NCBI RefSeq assembly: GCF_964355755.1
Contig: NC_092670.1
Location: 18,214,795 to 18,278,794, forward strand
Origin: Antedon mediterranea
Taxonomy: Eukaryota; Animalia; Echinodermata
Length of the DNA stretch: 64,000 nucleotides
Direction of reading: 5' to 3'
The notes under the pieces are model-generated. The model saw only the letters and a program-made list of their open reading frames with translations, did not search any database and was not told the DNA's origin. A program made the translations under genes and the position numbers. This document shows, one piece after another, positions 61,601-64,000 of this stretch. How positions within the stretch are numbered: the stretch's first letter is position 1; each line of letters starts with the position of its first letter.

Positions 61601-63158
61601 GTGACAGGAAAGGAATTTGATCATAAAGAAGGTTAGTTCTACCATATATTACGGTAATTAATTATTTATCATCCGATTTTCAGTGCTGTATCTTCACATG
61701 TATGACAGTATTTGTTTAGTAGGCGAATACCATAATATAGCATCAAATGTGGTTTCTGTAGGGTAAGGGTCTGTGATACAGGCCTCACATGTGATGCACC
61801 ATAGAATTTACCTACTGTATGATACTAGACAAATTTAGATACAGTACCGAGAATCGGCTGGATAAAATAATCAAGTTAAAACCTGTAGTATTTAATATTC
61901 ACTTATAAGATTACATGCTTGAGCGGGCAAAGTAATAACTTTGGGTATAATTACCTTTTAATTTAATATGTACAGGTATTTATATTTCGAAAGTATCAAT
62001 AATTTAATCCTACTAAGTGCTGATAACTTATACTACCAATTACTATTAAATCAACTACTGGTGATATTAACTACTCTATTTTGTGATTCAGATATTCCAA
62101 AGCTCTTGTTAAACAATGTTTATTTATATTATTTAAAATACACAAAATTAATTTTTTCTTGTAGTGGCCAAACCGAGAGCACGTCCTGTTACCAAAAAAC
62201 GATCAGAGCTGTACAAGATACGACAACAGGAATCGCGAGTAATAAAACAACAAAGATATCGTTATTTACACCAGATACGAAGATATAATGGCGATATTCT
62301 TACACCGGTAAGTTGAAATTTTGCAATTTTTGAAATACTGTATTACTTATTACTTACATGGAATTAAGGGTCACTAATTGAATTAAAAGTTTAAATATTT
62401 GTCTGTAGTGTCAATAACATCTAAACATTCTTATTATGATTCTATTATGCAATTAGTATTTGTTGACAAATAGCAAAGTATTTATTTTACAGAGTTATTT
62501 ACAGAGTGTTCATGATGCGATGTCTCCAGAAGTACCGGAAATAATGGGCACATACGCAAACCTACCACCTTCACCGCCCTCACCGCCACCCAAGGGTATC
62601 ACAAACTTACCAGAACTGCCTGATAATTTTAGTGACTCAACCACCGATGATAATAACAGGTGCAGTGTGGGAGATTACTTCGACGATGAGAATCGCAAAA
62701 GTTGGAATAGCTTCTCTTTCCCAGACAACCTGCCAGAAATCTTTAAGGAAGATCGCGACAGTGGTGGACGCTTCTCCGTACACGAGAATCTACCACAATT
62801 GTTCACAGATGATCGCAAGAGTAATGTTCGAAAGAGCACTGCTCGTCAGAGCGATGCTCGGCAGAGTGGTGCTCGACAGAGTGGTGCTCGGCAGAGCGCT
62901 GCTCGTCAAAGTGATGCTCGGCAGAGTGATGCTCGGCCTAGCAGTGCTCGGCAGAGTGATGCTCGGCCTAGCAGTGCTCGGCAGAGCGGTGGTCGTATTA
63001 GTGTACCATCACGAAAATTTGAGGACAGCCACAAAAGTAATAACAGTCAAAAACGTAGTAATAGTTTCCTTGGAGAGTTCACATATGTGGACGATAATGG
63101 AGATGGACTCGGACAATACACTTACGTCGATGACGGTACGATACCGATGGTGGTATGA
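55633..63158 (+). CDS. TMEM198: Transmembrane protein 198 (DUF4203), 538 aa, 4 coding exons, extended C-terminal tail
   Basis: Exons 55633-55876, 61068-61631, 62165-62307, 62493-63158(TGA); phases consistent. 'CCLLLIFGIIFSFFGYRCFKAVMFLVGFMFG', 'GIAVGIGLLLGLITMLVQYIGLFMTG', 'LTLQWQKPLVILSTA', 'CWFSWLILAVWP', 'RRYNGDILTPSYLQS'. Confidence 0.93.
55921..56152. mobile_element. MITE with AGGGGCAGATCC-type ends in a TMEM198 intron
   Basis: aggggcagatcc ... ggatccacctct inverted ends. Confidence 0.5.
57618..57699. repeat. 82 bp near-perfect hairpin (minimal foldback element)
   Basis: Arms gaggtttcgcaaccttacgaatacggtaacg / cgttatcgtattcgtaagattgcgaaacctc with a 10-nt loop. Confidence 0.85.
60060..60292. 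repeat. Interspersed element with repeated GTGGGA(C/T)TATACCCG motifs
   Basis: One inverted copy (ggtataatcccacc, ~60080) and three direct copies (~60127, ~60245, ~60262); related motifs at 35169-35205 and ~44840. Confidence 0.55.
62841..62990 (+). repeat. Coding 15-bp repeat x10 encoding (A-R-Q/P-S-D/G/A/S)n in the TMEM198 tail
   Basis: gctcggcagagtgat-type units in frame within the last exon. Confidence 0.95.
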
Positions 63159-64000
63159 CAATCAGCGAATATTTATGAATTGTCTCTCCCAAATGAAGAG
63201 GAAGAATCCTTATACCAGAACGATTTAAGTTAAAATCTTAAAACTATCATGGTAGATGTTTTAGCGTTGAATCTTAGTACAATAAGTTTGTGACGGATGG
63301 GTGTGTGTACCTTAGATTCGGGATTCTTCTAGCTTCACATGAAGAAAGCCAATTTATAAATATTCATACTAGATACTGGTCTTACAGACAGACCAACGCC
63401 TATTGTATATTTTGTAGATAGTCCTCAATCATATTGTGTACAAATAACTAATATTTCTTTAATATCTGTGTTATATCTTAAATATGTAATTTTCGCTGCA
63501 TAGTGCAAAATAAGAAAGCAAATTCAACGAATACCTTGCTTGTTTGCTATGGGAACAATTTGATTGGTACTACTGAAAAATAAGAGGTAGACATCGCAAC
63601 ATTTCCCTAAATTAATTCATTTTGTCCATGTCCAGTGGTGCTCACTCCTGATGCATTTACAGCCCTAATATATGTCTGTAAATTTGTGTCCATATTTGGT
63701 CATTGTCAAATTTTAATATGTCAATATATAATAGTAATACAATACATAGGTAAACATATGGTACGACTGTACTATTTATGGAACCCAACTAAACATGCCA
63801 TTGATTAAAATTATTGTATAATGTACATGCGATACATTAGTTCTAGTGTTCATTAAATATGATCAAAAACGTTTGGTCTTATAACAGTACATTATATATA
63901 ATTTGGAGTTTGAACAAACTTAAAGATGCCTCTAATCTCCTAAACTTTTATCTCCTAGCTTAAGTTTTGTTCACATTGGATTATCAATACAATCCCTATA

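Noticed and set aside
62632-63228. 198-aa overlapping ORF in another frame of the TMEM198 last exon
   Set aside because: Openness is explained by the stop-free 15-bp repeat; starts at GTG and splice phase supports the other frame

Overview
AT-rich, intron-containing animal genomic DNA, not prokaryotic. It is inferred to be an invertebrate deuterostome, possibly an echinoderm; this cannot be confirmed here. Six spliced protein-coding genes were reconstructed by hand with GT-AG junctions and consistent phases: the 3' part of a GRB7/10/14-family adaptor (+), INPP1 (-), an MPLKIP/TTDN1-like gene (+), CDK12/13 (-), WDR24 (+, 17 coding exons, 790 aa) and TMEM198 (+). INPP1/MPLKIP and CDK12/WDR24 are divergent pairs. 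Introns and intergenic DNA hold many non-autonomous DNA transposons (nine copies of one ~130-160 bp Harbinger-like MITE, plus Tc1/mariner-like, Kolobok-like and unclassified TIR elements), tRNA-derived SINEs and minisatellites. The most unusual signal is recurrent tandem duplication centred exactly on exon-intron junctions: three donor arrays, one acceptor duplication and one short coding duplication. One of these is a 31-bp GT...CAG 'micro-intron' array in WDR24. Other notable points: an apparently conserved CDK13-MPLKIP convergent pair, CTAG/AGGCCT-rich islands at gene 5' ends, a transposon with ~20 C/EBP-type palindromes, and phospho-motif repeat expansions in the GRB and TMEM198 proteins.
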